Of a stretch of 64,000 bases of DNA, positions 1 to 10,417 are shown piece after piece. The notes under the pieces are model-generated. The model was not told the DNA's origin. It saw only the letters and a list, made by a program, of their open reading frames with translations, and did no database searches. Numbering within the stretch: the first letter of the stretch is position 1; every line of letters starts with the position of its first letter. A program made the position numbers and the translations under genes. Source of the stretch: Eshraghiella crossota (lineage in GTDB: Bacteria > Bacillota > Clostridia > Christensenellales > CAG-917); assembly GCA_963590075.1 (NCBI GenBank), contig CAVANK010000001.1:5394-69393 (forward strand), in the 5' to 3' direction.

Positions 1-67
1 GACGTCACTTGACGTCATTCCCATCGGTTTATCGATATTAACGAAACCTCTCATACGCGTCTAAAAA

Positions 68-1027
68 TTAAATCATTCTATCGCTTGCCAATCTGACAAG
101 TTTTTCTACTATGTCTTCAAAATATCCGTTGATACGGCAACCCGCGGCAAACTTATGTCCACCACCGCCGAAAACGTTTGCAATGTCGTAAGCGTCGATG
201 CCGTCTTTGGTGCGGATACTCAATTTGTAACTGTGCTCACCTACTTGCAAGAGCGAATACGCCACTTTGACCGTGTCGACGTCAAGCAAACCGCCGATTA
301 TCCCGTCGGCATCTTCACTGCTTGCGCCCAAGTCCGTCAAATCTTTCGTAGATACGTAAATCAACGCGATTTTGCCGTCTTCAAAAAATTTCGTTCTTGA
401 AAGCGCAAGATTTTTGAGTTTGAAACGAGCGACAGACGTCGATTTATATACTTGATATATAGTTTTTTGCGCGTCGAAGTCGAATTTCATCAACTCGCAC
501 GCGATTTCCATAGAACGTCTCGTGGAATTGTACTGCGCAAAGCACCCCGTATCCGTTACGATTGCGGAAAAAAGCAACTGCGCAATATCATTGTCCAAGG
601 CTTTCATATCCTTGACGAGCTCATAAACGATTTCACCGCATGCGCCCGCGTTCTCATCGACAAGACAAGTGGAAGCAAATCTCTTGAAAGATACGTGATG
701 GTCGATTGCAATCTGCTTTTTTGCGGACAAAAACGACTTCATACACTGTCCGAGCCTATCCAAATCGCTACAATCGAGGGATATTGCAAGCTCGTGCACT
801 CGTTTTTGCGGAAATATTACGTTTTCACTGCCGACAAGCACTTTAAGTCGCTCTGGAACGGGCGTATCGCAATACGCATACACGTTTTTCCCCTTATTTT
901 TGATAGCAAAATAAAGCGCGAGCATACTGCCAAGCGCATCGCAATCGGGGTTTGTATGACAAAAAAGCGCAATGTCCGTTGCGCGATTTATTTGTTTTTC
1001 TATTTCCGCAAAAATCGGATTAGTCAT
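68..1027 (-). CDS. nrnA: DHH/DHHA1-family phosphoesterase (bifunctional oligoribonuclease / pAp phosphatase NrnA-like)
   Basis: 319 aa. DHH-type N-terminus (CHTNPDCDALGS), DHHA1 GGGGH motif near the C-terminus. Sits just after rbfA with an 8-nt overlap. Confidence 0.85.
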   Translation of the reverse strand: MTNPIFAEIEKQINRATDIALFCHTNPDCDALGSMLALYFAIKNKGKNVYAYCDTPVPERLKVLVGSENVIFPQKRVHELAISLDCSDLDRLGQCMKSFLSAKKQIAIDHHVSFKRFASTCLVDENAGACGEIVYELVKDMKALDNDIAQLLFSAIVTDTGCFAQYNSTRRSMEIACELMKFDFDAQKTIYQVYKSTSVARFKLKNLALSRTKFFEDGKIALIYVSTKDLTDLGASSEDADGIIGGLLDVDTVKVAYSLLQVGEHSYKLSIRTKDGIDAYDIANVFGGGGHKFAAGCRINGYFEDIVEKLVRLASDRMI

Positions 1028-1415
1028 CGTTTTGTTCGGTATCCGTCGAAATGTGATTTTGCTCTTGCTCTTTCTTGATTTGATTGAGCAATCCGTCGAT
1101 TTTTATACTGTAATCGACGCTGTCGTCAATGAGAAAATTGAGCTCCGGCAACAAACGGATTTGCACGGTGTCTTTGAGCATATTGCGGATAAAATTGCGA
1201 GAGCGACATACCGTATGATATGCCTCTTGCACCTTCTCTTTGTCTTCCGCGTATATGGACAAATACACCTTTGCGTATTTCAAATCGGGCGTCGTATAAA
1301 CTTTGGTGACGCCGACGATCGCATTGCCGAGGCGCGGATCTTTCACGTTCTCGGCAATGATTTTGGTGATTTGTTTAGCCAATTCGGCGTTTACACGCTC
1401 GGTCTTAATCTTCAT
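1020..1415 (-). CDS. rbfA: ribosome-binding factor A
   Basis: 131 aa, typical RbfA N-terminus (RVNAELAKQITKII...DPRL...VTKV). Directly downstream of infB and overlapping it. Confidence 0.9.
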   Translation of the reverse strand: MKIKTERVNAELAKQITKIIAENVKDPRLGNAIVGVTKVYTTPDLKYAKVYLSIYAEDKEKVQEAYHTVCRSRNFIRNMLKDTVQIRLLPELNFLIDDSVDYSIKIDGLLNQIKKEQEQNHISTDTEQNDD

Positions 1416-4131
1416 TGGTTTTCTCCATAGTGAACGCTTCGATCACGTCGTCCACTTTGATGTCTTGGAAGTTGGAAAGCATTATACCGCAATCGAAGTT
1501 CCTTGCCATTTCCTTGACGTCGTCTTTGCCGTGGCGCAAAGATGCGATTTCACCCGTATACTCGACTTTACCGTTGCGGATAAGTCTTGCTTGCGCGCCT
1601 CTGACGATTTTACCGTCTGTGACGTGGCAACCGGCGATAGTGCCGACACCGCTGATTTTGAAGAGTTCACGAACGTCGGCAGAACCGAGAACGACCTCTT
1701 GGAACTTGGGATCGAGCATACCCTTGACCGCCTTTTCGATGTCTTCGATGGCGTTGTAAATGATGTTGTAGAAGCGGATATCGATCTTCTTTTGCGCTGC
1801 GAGTTGCTTTGCGTTGGTATCGGGACGCACGTTGAAGCCGATGATAATTGCGTTTGACGTTTCGGCAAGCAATACGTCGCTTTCCTTGATACCGCCGACC
1901 GCCGCGTGAATGATATCGATATTTACTTCCTCGTTGCCGAGTTTGGCAAGAGATTGTTTGACCGCCTCGACCGAGCCTTGAACGTCCGCTTTGATGATGA
2001 GTTTGACGGATTTAAGTTCACCCTTGGAGATCTTGTCGAACAAATCGTTGAGGGATACCGCCGTGGACTCGGTTTGACTTGCGGCAAGTTTGAGCTTACG
2101 CTCTTCGGCAAGTTCTCTTGCAAACTTCTCGTCAGCAACGACGTCGATTCTGTCGCCCGCTTCGGGAACGTCGTCCCAACCCGTAACCGATACCGGAGTG
2201 GACGGACCGGCCTTCTTGACTTTTCTGCCCTTGTCGTCAATCATCGCGCGGATCTTACCCGTGCAAGTGCCCGCCACGACGTTGTCTCCGACGTGCAAAG
2301 TACCCGTTTGAACAAGGATAGTTGCGATTTTGCCGAGTCCCTTATCGAGTTTTGCCTCGATAATCGTACCGCGAGCGTTGCGGTTGGGATTGGCGCGAAG
2401 TTCTTCAAATTCGGCACGAACGAGGATTTGTTCAAGCAATTCTTCAACGCCCATACCTGTCTTTGCAGACACTCTGACGACGGGAGTTTCTCCGCCCCAT
2501 TCTTCGGGCGTTACGCCGTTTTCGGCAAGTTGAGAAAGCACTCTGTCGGGATTTGCGCCCGCTCTGTCCATCTTGTTGAGAGCGACGATAATCGGCACGT
2601 TTGCTTGTCTTGCGTGGCTGATTGCTTCGAGCGTTTGAGGCATAATGCCGTCGTCCGCCGCAACTACCAAAATCGCAATATCCGTAACTTGCGCACCGCG
2701 AGCACGCATTGACGTAAACGCTTCGTGTCCCGGGGTGTCGAGGAAAGTAATCGGAGAGCCGTTGAGCGTAACGGTATAAGCACCGATGTGTTGCGTGATA
2801 CCGCCTGCTTCACCGCCGGTAACGTTGGTCTTTCTGATGTAGTCGAGCAAGGACGTTTTACCGTGGTCGACGTGTCCCATAATCGTAACAATAGGCGGAC
2901 GCGGAACGAGGTTGTCGAGTTCTTCCTCGTCGTCCACTTCGAGTTGCGCCGACAGCGTATCTTCGAGCGTTACGTCGGGTTTGTATTCCAGTTTGATGCC
3001 GAATTCATCCGCAACGAGTTCCGCAGTAGCAAAATCAATGCTGTCGTTGATTGTCTTCATAATGCCGAGGACGAACAATGTTTTGACGATTTCCGCAGCG
3101 GATTTGCCGATTTTTTCGCTCAAAGTCTTGATAGACACGGGATCGGTGGTGATAACCGCATTTTCTATAACGATTGTTGCACTGTTTCCGCCACCGCGGT
3201 TCTTGTTGACTTTGTAGTTGCGAACGACCATTTCGCCGTCTTCGTCGTAAGAAATTCTATCGTCAACGATATAACCTTTTTTGATAAGCGCGCGCTTATT
3301 CATAGTCGAGCGATCGTCAAACTTCTTGGAATTGGCGTTATTTGCGTTTTGTTTTCCGCCCTTGCCTTTTTGCCCTGCCGGTTTAGGAGGAAATTGCTGG
3401 GCAACGTTTGCAAGATTTTGAGAAGCGGACGGTCTGCGAATACCGCCTTGTTGTTGACCGTTTTGACCTTGCGGTCTTTGTTGATATCCGCCTTGTTGAC
3501 CTTGTTGACCTTGCGGTTTTTGTCCGCGCGGTGCTTGGTATCCGTTTTGACCGAATACGCGAGTTTGCACCTTCGGCTTCGGCGTCGGCGGAACGTAAAT
3601 ACGACGGACTTCGCCGTTGGGCAAAATCTCGGGGTTTTCTTGTGCGAGCTCAAAAGGCGTTTTAGGCGTAACCACGATATGCTGTTTTTCCTCTTTTTTG
3701 ACCTCTTGGACGGGCGTTTCGGCAGTCTTTTGTTGTGCTTTGGGAGCGTCCGCTTCTTTTTGAGAGGGCTTTTCGGGCTCAACTTTTTTGACTTCCTCGA
3801 CGATTTTTTCCGCCTTGACCTCTTTGGGTGCGGGCGTTTCCGCCTTCACTTCCGCTTTCTTTTCGGGTGCTTTGACTTCTTTTTCGACATTGACCTCTTC
3901 GACGTGTTTGGTTTCCGCTTCGACTTTGGATTTTGCCTCCGCTTTTTCCTTTGCTTCGTCTTCGGCTTTGGCAATCAAAGCGTCGCGTTTTGCCTTGATT
4001 GAAGCCATAATGACGTTTGCTCTCGATTTTTCACGAGAGATGTCACCGATAAGGTCGGCAAGTTTAGTTGCCTTGAAGTCACCGAGTTTTTTTACGGAAT
4101 CGACGTTTGTTTCTTTTTTGTTTTCAGGCAT
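1405..4131 (-). CDS. infB: translation initiation factor IF-2
   Basis: 908 aa. Low-complexity K/E/Q-rich N-terminus, then the GTPase core ([26 protein letters not shown]). nusA-ylxR-ylxQ-infB-rbfA synteny. Confidence 0.97.
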   Translation of the reverse strand: MPENKKETNVDSVKKLGDFKATKLADLIGDISREKSRANVIMASIKAKRDALIAKAEDEAKEKAEAKSKVEAETKHVEEVNVEKEVKAPEKKAEVKAETPAPKEVKAEKIVEEVKKVEPEKPSQKEADAPKAQQKTAETPVQEVKKEEKQHIVVTPKTPFELAQENPEILPNGEVRRIYVPPTPKPKVQTRVFGQNGYQAPRGQKPQGQQGQQGGYQQRPQGQNGQQQGGIRRPSASQNLANVAQQFPPKPAGQKGKGGKQNANNANSKKFDDRSTMNKRALIKKGYIVDDRISYDEDGEMVVRNYKVNKNRGGGNSATIVIENAVITTDPVSIKTLSEKIGKSAAEIVKTLFVLGIMKTINDSIDFATAELVADEFGIKLEYKPDVTLEDTLSAQLEVDDEEELDNLVPRPPIVTIMGHVDHGKTSLLDYIRKTNVTGGEAGGITQHIGAYTVTLNGSPITFLDTPGHEAFTSMRARGAQVTDIAILVVAADDGIMPQTLEAISHARQANVPIIVALNKMDRAGANPDRVLSQLAENGVTPEEWGGETPVVRVSAKTGMGVEELLEQILVRAEFEELRANPNRNARGTIIEAKLDKGLGKIATILVQTGTLHVGDNVVAGTCTGKIRAMIDDKGRKVKKAGPSTPVSVTGWDDVPEAGDRIDVVADEKFARELAEERKLKLAASQTESTAVSLNDLFDKISKGELKSVKLIIKADVQGSVEAVKQSLAKLGNEEVNIDIIHAAVGGIKESDVLLAETSNAIIIGFNVRPDTNAKQLAAQKKIDIRFYNIIYNAIEDIEKAVKGMLDPKFQEVVLGSADVRELFKISGVGTIAGCHVTDGKIVRGAQARLIRNGKVEYTGEIASLRHGKDDVKEMARNFDCGIMLSNFQDIKVDDVIEAFTMEKTNED

Positions 4132-4134
4132 TAT

Positions 4135-4413
4135 TCACCTCAATAAACTAATAATTGCATTTGCAAGAGCCTCGTTTGACACCGCAATCGACTTTACGCC
4201 GTCGCGATGCAAAGCCTCGCAAAGATTATCCACTTCGAAGACGGGACAATCGGACATTTTTTTTGAGATTCTATCTCTATACTTGTCACCCGCAGTCGAG
4301 GACACGAGCACGACCTTTGCAAGACGTTTTTTCTCGCAAATTATGTCTTCGCCGTACAAAACGGCGTTTGCTCTTTGCGCAAGACCTATATATGCTTTGA
4401 TTTTGTCAGTCAT
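4135..4413 (-). CDS. ylxQ: L7Ae-family RNA-binding protein YlxQ
   Basis: 92 aa, between ylxR and infB as in Bacillus. Size and sequence fit an L7Ae-like protein. Confidence 0.75.
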   Translation of the reverse strand: MTDKIKAYIGLAQRANAVLYGEDIICEKKRLAKVVLVSSTAGDKYRDRISKKMSDCPVFEVDNLCEALHRDGVKSIAVSNEALANAIISLLR

Positions 4414-4663
4414 TTATCTTGTCGTATATATCGTCCGAGACGTTGGTTTTGAAGGCGGAATTGAGCATCTTCTTTTTGCAAACTTTTGCTTTGCAATCCT
4501 CGCTATCGTGCACCCATACGCCTCTGCCGTCCGCTTTTTTGCTCTCGTCGAGGAACACGCTTCCGTCCTTTTGCTTCACGAAACGAAGCATTTCGGACTT
4601 ATCGGAGTGTTCTCTGCAAGCGATACATTTGCGGGTGTCCTTGGGGTTTGACATTTTATTCAC
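4406..4663 (-). CDS. ylxR: YlxR-family (DUF448) RNA-binding protein
   Basis: 85 aa, CIACRE...LRFV motif typical of YlxR. Immediately downstream of nusA. Confidence 0.8.
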   Translation of the reverse strand: MNKMSNPKDTRKCIACREHSDKSEMLRFVKQKDGSVFLDESKKADGRGVWVHDSEDCKAKVCKKKMLNSAFKTNVSDDIYDKIND

Positions 4664-5723
4664 CTTGTTGTTGGTTTTCCGTGTTGAGAGAAGAATACGG
4701 TTTTACGTCAATCTTCCAGCCGGTGAGTTTTGCCGCAAGACGCGCGTTTTGACCGCTTCTGCCGATTGCGAGCGAAAGTTTCTCGTCGGGAACGATGACC
4801 TTTGCGTTCTTCTCTTCCTCATTGATGGATACCATAAGCACTTGTGCGGGGCTGAGTGCGCGAGCAATGTATTCGATAGGATCGTCGCAATATTCGATAA
4901 CGTCGATTTTTTCACCGCCGAGTTCCGCAACAACTGCGTTTACGCGGACGCCTTTGTTACCGATGCAACTGCCAACCGCGTCGACGTTGGGATCTTCACT
5001 GCTTACGGAAAGTTTGGTTCTGAAACCGGCTTCGCGAACGATACTGTTGATCTTCACGAGACCTGCCTTGATTTCGGGCACTTCGAGCTCGAACAATCTG
5101 CGAACGAAACCTGCGGAGCTTCTGGATACCACCACTTGTGCGCCGTGCGCCGTGTCGCGGATCTTCTTGACGTACACTTTGATAACGTCGTTGACGTTGT
5201 ACGTTTCGGTAGGAACTTGATCTTGTTGCATCATAACGCCTTCCATTTGCGTGCCCGTGATTTCCACATACACCGTGCCTGCTTCCTTACGTCTGACGAT
5301 TGCGCTGAGGATTTCACCGGTGCGCTCGCTCATCTCGTTGAGGACCATAGCTTTCTTCATATCGTTGATGCGTTGCAAAATGACTTGTTTTGCCGTTTGT
5401 GCGGCGATACGCGAAAAGTCCTTGGGCGTGATGTCTTCGATAACGACGTCACCGACTTTGTACTTTTTGTCGATATCTTGCGCGTCTTCGAGAGAGATTT
5501 GCGTTTCTTCGTCTTCGACTTCGTCAACGACGAGCTTGTGCGCGTAGACTTTGTAAGTCATTTTTTCTTCGTTAAGACGCACGGAAATGGGGCTTGCAAA
5601 GCCGTATTCCTTCTTGTAAGCGGACACAAGTCCTGCTTCGATTGATTCAATCATAGACTCTTTGGAGATGCGTTGTTCTCTTTCCAAATCGTCCAATGCT
5701 TGAAAGAACTCTTTGTTCATCAT
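4656..5723 (-). CDS. nusA: transcription termination/antitermination factor NusA
   Basis: 355 aa with an N-terminal domain, S1 and KH domains (GxxGxNxR-like IGRSGQNARLA). rimP-nusA synteny. Confidence 0.95.
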   Translation of the reverse strand: MMNKEFFQALDDLEREQRISKESMIESIEAGLVSAYKKEYGFASPISVRLNEEKMTYKVYAHKLVVDEVEDEETQISLEDAQDIDKKYKVGDVVIEDITPKDFSRIAAQTAKQVILQRINDMKKAMVLNEMSERTGEILSAIVRRKEAGTVYVEITGTQMEGVMMQQDQVPTETYNVNDVIKVYVKKIRDTAHGAQVVVSRSSAGFVRRLFELEVPEIKAGLVKINSIVREAGFRTKLSVSSEDPNVDAVGSCIGNKGVRVNAVVAELGGEKIDVIEYCDDPIEYIARALSPAQVLMVSINEEEKNAKVIVPDEKLSLAIGRSGQNARLAAKLTGWKIDVKPYSSLNTENQQQGE

Positions 5724-5736
5724 TTTTAGATTCCTC

Positions 5737-6219
5737 CTAAAACCTTACGTACGGTTGTACTTTTGTCAAATTTTTTCTTGTTAAAACTATATTTTGGGGC
5801 TTTTTGCCCTCGGTTTTCAAAGTGATATTTTCGCTGTCGTATGCAATTAGAATGCCGTGAGTTTTGTTTTTCGCGCCGTCGAAGCACTCTATCTCGGTGT
5901 CAAGCGCGCGTCTATAATCGTCATCGGACACGATTTTTCTGTCAAGTCCCGATGAGGACACGTTCAAGATGTAATCGTCCGCGAAATCATCCTCGATAGT
6001 GTCGAGCATACTCGAAAATACGTTGTGCACCGCTTCGCAATCGTTGAGAGATATACCCTCTTTCTTCCACAAAGACGCCTCGACGGTGAGTTTGCCGTAT
6101 TGCTTGTAGAAACTTACATCCACGAGTTCCACGCCATCGAAGTTTTGCACTGCTTTTTGCGCCATATCGCGCACTTCGTTCTCGACTTTTTCGGAAATCA
6201 ATTTTTTCTCGTCGCTCAT
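5737..6219 (-). CDS. rimP: ribosome maturation factor RimP
   Basis: 160 aa, immediately upstream of nusA. AAGAGG RBS 5-10 nt upstream of the ATG. Confidence 0.9.
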   Translation of the reverse strand: MSDEKKLISEKVENEVRDMAQKAVQNFDGVELVDVSFYKQYGKLTVEASLWKKEGISLNDCEAVHNVFSSMLDTIEDDFADDYILNVSSSGLDRKIVSDDDYRRALDTEIECFDGAKNKTHGILIAYDSENITLKTEGKKPQNIVLTRKNLTKVQPYVRF

Positions 6220-6230
6220 ATTGACCTCTT

Positions 6231-6261
6231 ACAAAACAAAGAGTGAGCCGACGCTCACTCT
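6231..6261 (-). terminator. intrinsic terminator/attenuator in the rimP-nusA leader
   Basis: On the minus strand: AGAGTGAGC-GTCG-GCTCACTCT followed by TTGTTTTGT, ending ~10 nt before the rimP RBS. Confidence 0.65.
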
Positions 6262-6284
6262 ATAATGTTTATTATAGTATCTAA

Positions 6285-6313
6285 AATATATCATATATAT
6301 GATAACATTGCAA
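6285..6313 (-). promoter_or_regulatory. candidate sigma-A promoter of the rimP-nusA-infB operon
   Basis: On the minus strand: TTGCAA, 17 nt, TATATT. It lies upstream of the leader hairpin. Confidence 0.45.
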
Positions 6314-6354
6314 GCGTTTTTCAAAAATAATGCAATATTATCGATTTTTCTTTC

Positions 6355-7968
6355 TCACATTCTTTGCGCGATGATTTTCAGTGCGCCTTCGGTTGCGAAA
6401 ACGTCGCTCATAGCGCGGTGTGCGTTCTCGTGCGAAATGCCGTACGCTTTGGATATCGTTTCCAGTTTACAGTTGGGAAGTTCCGTAAGATATCTTCTTG
6501 CAAGCAAAAGCGTATCGACGAGTTCATTGTCAAAATGATATCCCGATTTTTCCGCAATTCTGCTCAATATCGGATAATCGTACCCCGCAATATTGTGTCC
6601 GCAAAGTATAGTTCCGTGCGCAAACTTGAAAAAATCGGGAATTACACTTTCCACACTCGGCGCGTCAAGCACCATTGCGTTTGAAATGTGAGTAAGCTCG
6701 GTTATAACGGGAGATATCGTAGCCACGGGTTTAATAAGCGTTTGGAAGGTTTCCGTTTCTACGCCGTCGACGATTTTGAGCGCGGCAAGCTCGATAATCT
6801 CTGCCAAATCCGTTTTCAAATCCGTCGTTTCAAGGTCGAACACCACAAAGGTTTTGCCCTTGAAGTACGGATTGATTTCTTCGATTTTTCCTACATCTAA
6901 TAGGCTCTTTTGCGTCGTATCGACGTACGGCTCGGGTTTTATCGTCACGTATTTTTCGGGCACGGGCTTTACGGAAGTGAGATGAATACTGTCAAAGTTG
7001 ATGTCCGCCTCGAATATGGCGTTCACCGTAAAAGACCACGCTCCCGCGTATTGCGACCAACTCACTTTGCCCATACAAACGACCGTCGATTGCTCTTTGA
7101 GCGCAAGAATTTTGTCCACTTCCTCATCTTTGCCCGCAAAGCACACACTGTCTATCCTTGCCGTAGTATCGTCAAGTACGAATTTAACAAAAGGAAGCAT
7201 TTCGGAACCTGTTTTTGCATCGTCGGGATTATAACGCTTGTTTTTGTACGTTTTCTTCTCTATTTGCGAAATTTTTCCGCACAAAACTATGTTGTCGCAC
7301 GCGCCTTTTACGTCGATAATGTAGTTTGGCATTTGCGAAATTCCGTCGATTTTACCTCTCGAATACACTTTTGCGCCCGTTCTCGTCTCGACGAGGCGCA
7401 TATACGGATCGACTTTCACGGTCGTATCGATATGTATATCCTCCATTGCCTCTTCTTTTTTGAGAACATCCTCTTCGGTTACTATATCGATGTGTTGGTT
7501 GAACGAGCAGTCGAGGCAATCGTACAATCTATCGAGCAAATCACCAGCCATAAGCATTTTGTACGTAGGCGTATCGAAGGTCAATTTGACGTCGATATCG
7601 TTGTCGCCCACCTCTATATCGAGCGTTTCGTCGTTGATTCGTCTGAAGATCATTTGATTGGTGCGGTTAAAGAACTCCAACACCTTGTTTTTGACGACGT
7701 TGGCGTCCGCATACGTACGGATATATTGCACACTTACCGTTATTCCCGAAAACATCTCTTCGATTATGCTTTGCACTTTCTTTTTGCTTTCCTCGTCGAA
7801 AGCGCGCACCTCGAATGCGGAAATAATAAACTTAACAACCAACTCTCTTTGTTGCTTGTAGTAAGTTGCGGAATTCAATTTGAGCATAGGAAACTCGCCA
7901 TTGCTCTTTATCGTAAATTCTTCAAAAAACTTCGTAGTCATCAAAAACCTCTTATCTTTTGCCGTCAA
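6355..7968 (-). CDS. PolC-like N-terminal/OB-fold/DEDD 3'-5' exonuclease protein lacking PHP and polymerase domains
   Basis: 537 aa. The C-terminal ~170 aa carry DnaQ/epsilon motifs (VVFDLETTDL, GHNIAGYDYPIL, HRAMSDV). The middle part resembles the PolC OB fold. It occupies the polC position upstream of rimP. Confidence 0.7.
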   Translation of the reverse strand: MTAKDKRFLMTTKFFEEFTIKSNGEFPMLKLNSATYYKQQRELVVKFIISAFEVRAFDEESKKKVQSIIEEMFSGITVSVQYIRTYADANVVKNKVLEFFNRTNQMIFRRINDETLDIEVGDNDIDVKLTFDTPTYKMLMAGDLLDRLYDCLDCSFNQHIDIVTEEDVLKKEEAMEDIHIDTTVKVDPYMRLVETRTGAKVYSRGKIDGISQMPNYIIDVKGACDNIVLCGKISQIEKKTYKNKRYNPDDAKTGSEMLPFVKFVLDDTTARIDSVCFAGKDEEVDKILALKEQSTVVCMGKVSWSQYAGAWSFTVNAIFEADINFDSIHLTSVKPVPEKYVTIKPEPYVDTTQKSLLDVGKIEEINPYFKGKTFVVFDLETTDLKTDLAEIIELAALKIVDGVETETFQTLIKPVATISPVITELTHISNAMVLDAPSVESVIPDFFKFAHGTILCGHNIAGYDYPILSRIAEKSGYHFDNELVDTLLLARRYLTELPNCKLETISKAYGISHENAHRAMSDVFATEGALKIIAQRM

Positions 7969-7993
7969 ATTGCAAAAGTATTACAATATTTTG

Positions 7994-9058
7994 TCATTTT
8001 GATAATACTTCTTGCAATAATTTGTCAAATTCCTCCATCAAATCGGCACTATTCACCGTTTTTAGAATTTTGCCGTCTTTGAGTATGACGGACTTTTCTT
8101 TTCCGCCCGCTATGCCCAAATCGCTGTTTTCGCCCTCACCTATTCCGTTGAGCGGACAACCGAGTATTGAAATAGTCAGCGGTTTTTCAATGCCAGCACA
8201 CATCATTTCAACCTTGTTCGCAAGTCCTTCAACATCGATTTCAGTACGCGCGCAAGTGGGACAAGACACCACCTCGACTGCGTTTTTGCGTATACCGAGC
8301 GTTTGCAAAATCTTTTTACCTGCAAACACTTCTTCTCTTACGTCTGCCGAGAGCGACACTCTTATAGTATCGCCTATGCCTTCTTGAAGCAAAGTTCCTA
8401 TGCCTATTGCAGACTTAATAAGTCCGGTGCGAAGCGTTCCTGCCTCCGTCACGCCGATATGCAAGGGATAATCGCACTCTTTTGCAAGCAATCTGTTTGC
8501 TTCGACGTTTACTTGGGTATTCGACGCCTTGATTGCAATCACGATATCGCGCATACCTTGGCTTTCAAAGACGTTTGCGCACTCCAACGCGCTTTCGCAA
8601 AGCGCGCGTGCTTCGTCCATACCCTTAAACCTTGGATCGAGAGATCCGCCGTTTACGCCCACGCGCACGGGTACGTGCATATCGATAAGCCTTTGCGCAA
8701 GCGGTTTAATCTCGGTAAAATCGCGCATATTGCCGGGGTTCATTCTTATTTTCTTGGCTCCGTTGTCAAGCGCAAGATGTGCAAGTTTATAATTGTAATG
8801 TATGTCTGCAATAAGCGGAAGTCCGCATCTTTTTGCAATTTCACCGAATGCGTACGCCGATTGTTCGTCGGGTACTGCAAGTCTTATAAGGTCGCAACCG
8901 ACCTTTTTAAGTTCGTCGATTTGTTTTAGCGAGCCTTCGACGTCAACCGTTTTTGTATTGAGCATCGACTGCACCGTAATAGGCGCGTCACCGCTAATCG
9001 CTACGTCACCGACGAAAACTTTTCTCGTTTTTCTTCTTTCTATCATCGTTTTATCCAT
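7994..9058 (-). CDS. ispG: 4-hydroxy-3-methylbut-2-en-1-yl diphosphate synthase (flavodoxin)
   Basis: 354 aa. GcpE-type TIM-barrel N-terminus and C-terminal Cys cluster (SCPTCART...GCPLNGIGEG). Confidence 0.95.
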   Translation of the reverse strand: MDKTMIERRKTRKVFVGDVAISGDAPITVQSMLNTKTVDVEGSLKQIDELKKVGCDLIRLAVPDEQSAYAFGEIAKRCGLPLIADIHYNYKLAHLALDNGAKKIRMNPGNMRDFTEIKPLAQRLIDMHVPVRVGVNGGSLDPRFKGMDEARALCESALECANVFESQGMRDIVIAIKASNTQVNVEANRLLAKECDYPLHIGVTEAGTLRTGLIKSAIGIGTLLQEGIGDTIRVSLSADVREEVFAGKKILQTLGIRKNAVEVVSCPTCARTEIDVEGLANKVEMMCAGIEKPLTISILGCPLNGIGEGENSDLGIAGGKEKSVILKDGKILKTVNSADLMEEFDKLLQEVLSK

Positions 9059-9120
9059 ATCTCAACATGCGATTAACCGCATTAGATTATCGTTTTTGTT
9101 AAACAAGCAATACTTTCTGC

Positions 9121-10416
9121 TTATCCTTTTACGAGGTGGAATATATCGAGGAACACTGCAAGCACGATTAGTAGCACCAATCCCACCGTGTGTATAACCG
9201 CTTCAACTTTGCGGGGTACGGGCTTTTTGAATATCATTTCGATAAGCGTAAAGAACATACGACTTCCATCGAGCGCCGGGAAAGGCAACAAGTTCATAAC
9301 CGCAAGGTTTGCCGAGATAATCGCAACCACGTACAAGAAACTGTCAAATCCGAGCGCACTCACCTTTGCCATCATACCGATGGTGGTAATCGTTCCGCCC
9401 GCCGTTTCAATGCCCGCTTTGCCCGTTATAAGCGCGCCGAGCGACGCCAAAATCTTGAACACGATAAAGAAGCTAAATCCCCACGCTCTACCGAATGCAA
9501 GGAAGAACGGAAGTTTCACTCTTGCAAGCGTTCTCGTAAATCCAAAGCCGTGACTGTAAAAACCGCCTTCACCTTGGAGTACGAGCATAGTAGTTTGTTC
9601 GCAAATCTCACCGTTTTCGTCGTATCTAACGACGACGAGCGTCAATTGACCGTCCGTGTCGATATTTTCCGCCAATTGTTGATATGGATACGGCGTTTCC
9701 ACCTTTTCACCATTTACGGAGTATATCATATCGCCGTCTTCAAACGGGAAATAATCAAACTTATTTGCGGTGATTTTTACACGCTTTCCGTCACGCAATA
9801 CAGTAAACTGCGCACTGTCGCCAAGTCCCGAAAAAGCATTGTCGAGATCTTCTTGCAGCAAAATATTGACCTGTTTTCCGTTGATTGCAAGTATTGCGTC
9901 CCCATCCTCGAATACGCTTTGATAACTTGACGTAGACACCGTTTGCACGACGCTTGGCAAAATTTGTCCGTACGCCGTGAAATATATCGTGATGATGACG
10001 ATTGCGCTCAAAAAGTTCATAAATGCGCCGGCAAACAGCACGATAAGGCGTTTCCAAGGTTTTTGATTATTGAAAGCGTCGGGGTCTTTGACGACGTTGC
10101 CATTGGAGTCTTTTACGGGATTGCCGTCGGCATCGAGCAACGCTCCGTCCGCGTCTTCACCGTGAAAAGCGCAAAATCCGCCAATGGGAAAAGGACGCAA
10201 CGAAAATACTTCGCCCGTCTTTTTGTTCTTGCGCTTGAAAATTGCAGGCCCGAAACCGATCGAAAATTCGTCGATTTTGAAACCGAGCAGTTTTCCCGCC
10301 GTATAATGTCCGAGTTCGTGCACGACGATCATTGCCATAAGCGCAAGAAGCGCGACTATGACGTAACCTATATACGTAAACACCTCGGCGGCTGTAACTG
10401 CAATAATACCCGACAC
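9121..10416 (-). CDS. rseP: RIP metalloprotease RseP/RasP (site-2 protease)
   Basis: 431 aa, HELGHY zinc motif in TM1, central PDZ-like region, C-terminal TM segments. Downstream of dxr. Confidence 0.9.
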   Translation of the reverse strand: MSGIIAVTAAEVFTYIGYVIVALLALMAMIVVHELGHYTAGKLLGFKIDEFSIGFGPAIFKRKNKKTGEVFSLRPFPIGGFCAFHGEDADGALLDADGNPVKDSNGNVVKDPDAFNNQKPWKRLIVLFAGAFMNFLSAIVIITIYFTAYGQILPSVVQTVSTSSYQSVFEDGDAILAINGKQVNILLQEDLDNAFSGLGDSAQFTVLRDGKRVKITANKFDYFPFEDGDMIYSVNGEKVETPYPYQQLAENIDTDGQLTLVVVRYDENGEICEQTTMLVLQGEGGFYSHGFGFTRTLARVKLPFFLAFGRAWGFSFFIVFKILASLGALITGKAGIETAGGTITTIGMMAKVSALGFDSFLYVVAIISANLAVMNLLPFPALDGSRMFFTLIEMIFKKPVPRKVEAVIHTVGLVLLIVLAVFLDIFHLVKG

Positions 10417-10417
10417 C

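Noticed and set aside
1-16. Palindrome GACGTCA-CT-TGACGTC at the window start as the nrnA terminator
   Set aside because: It is cut by the window edge, and the downstream context (a T-run) is not visible.
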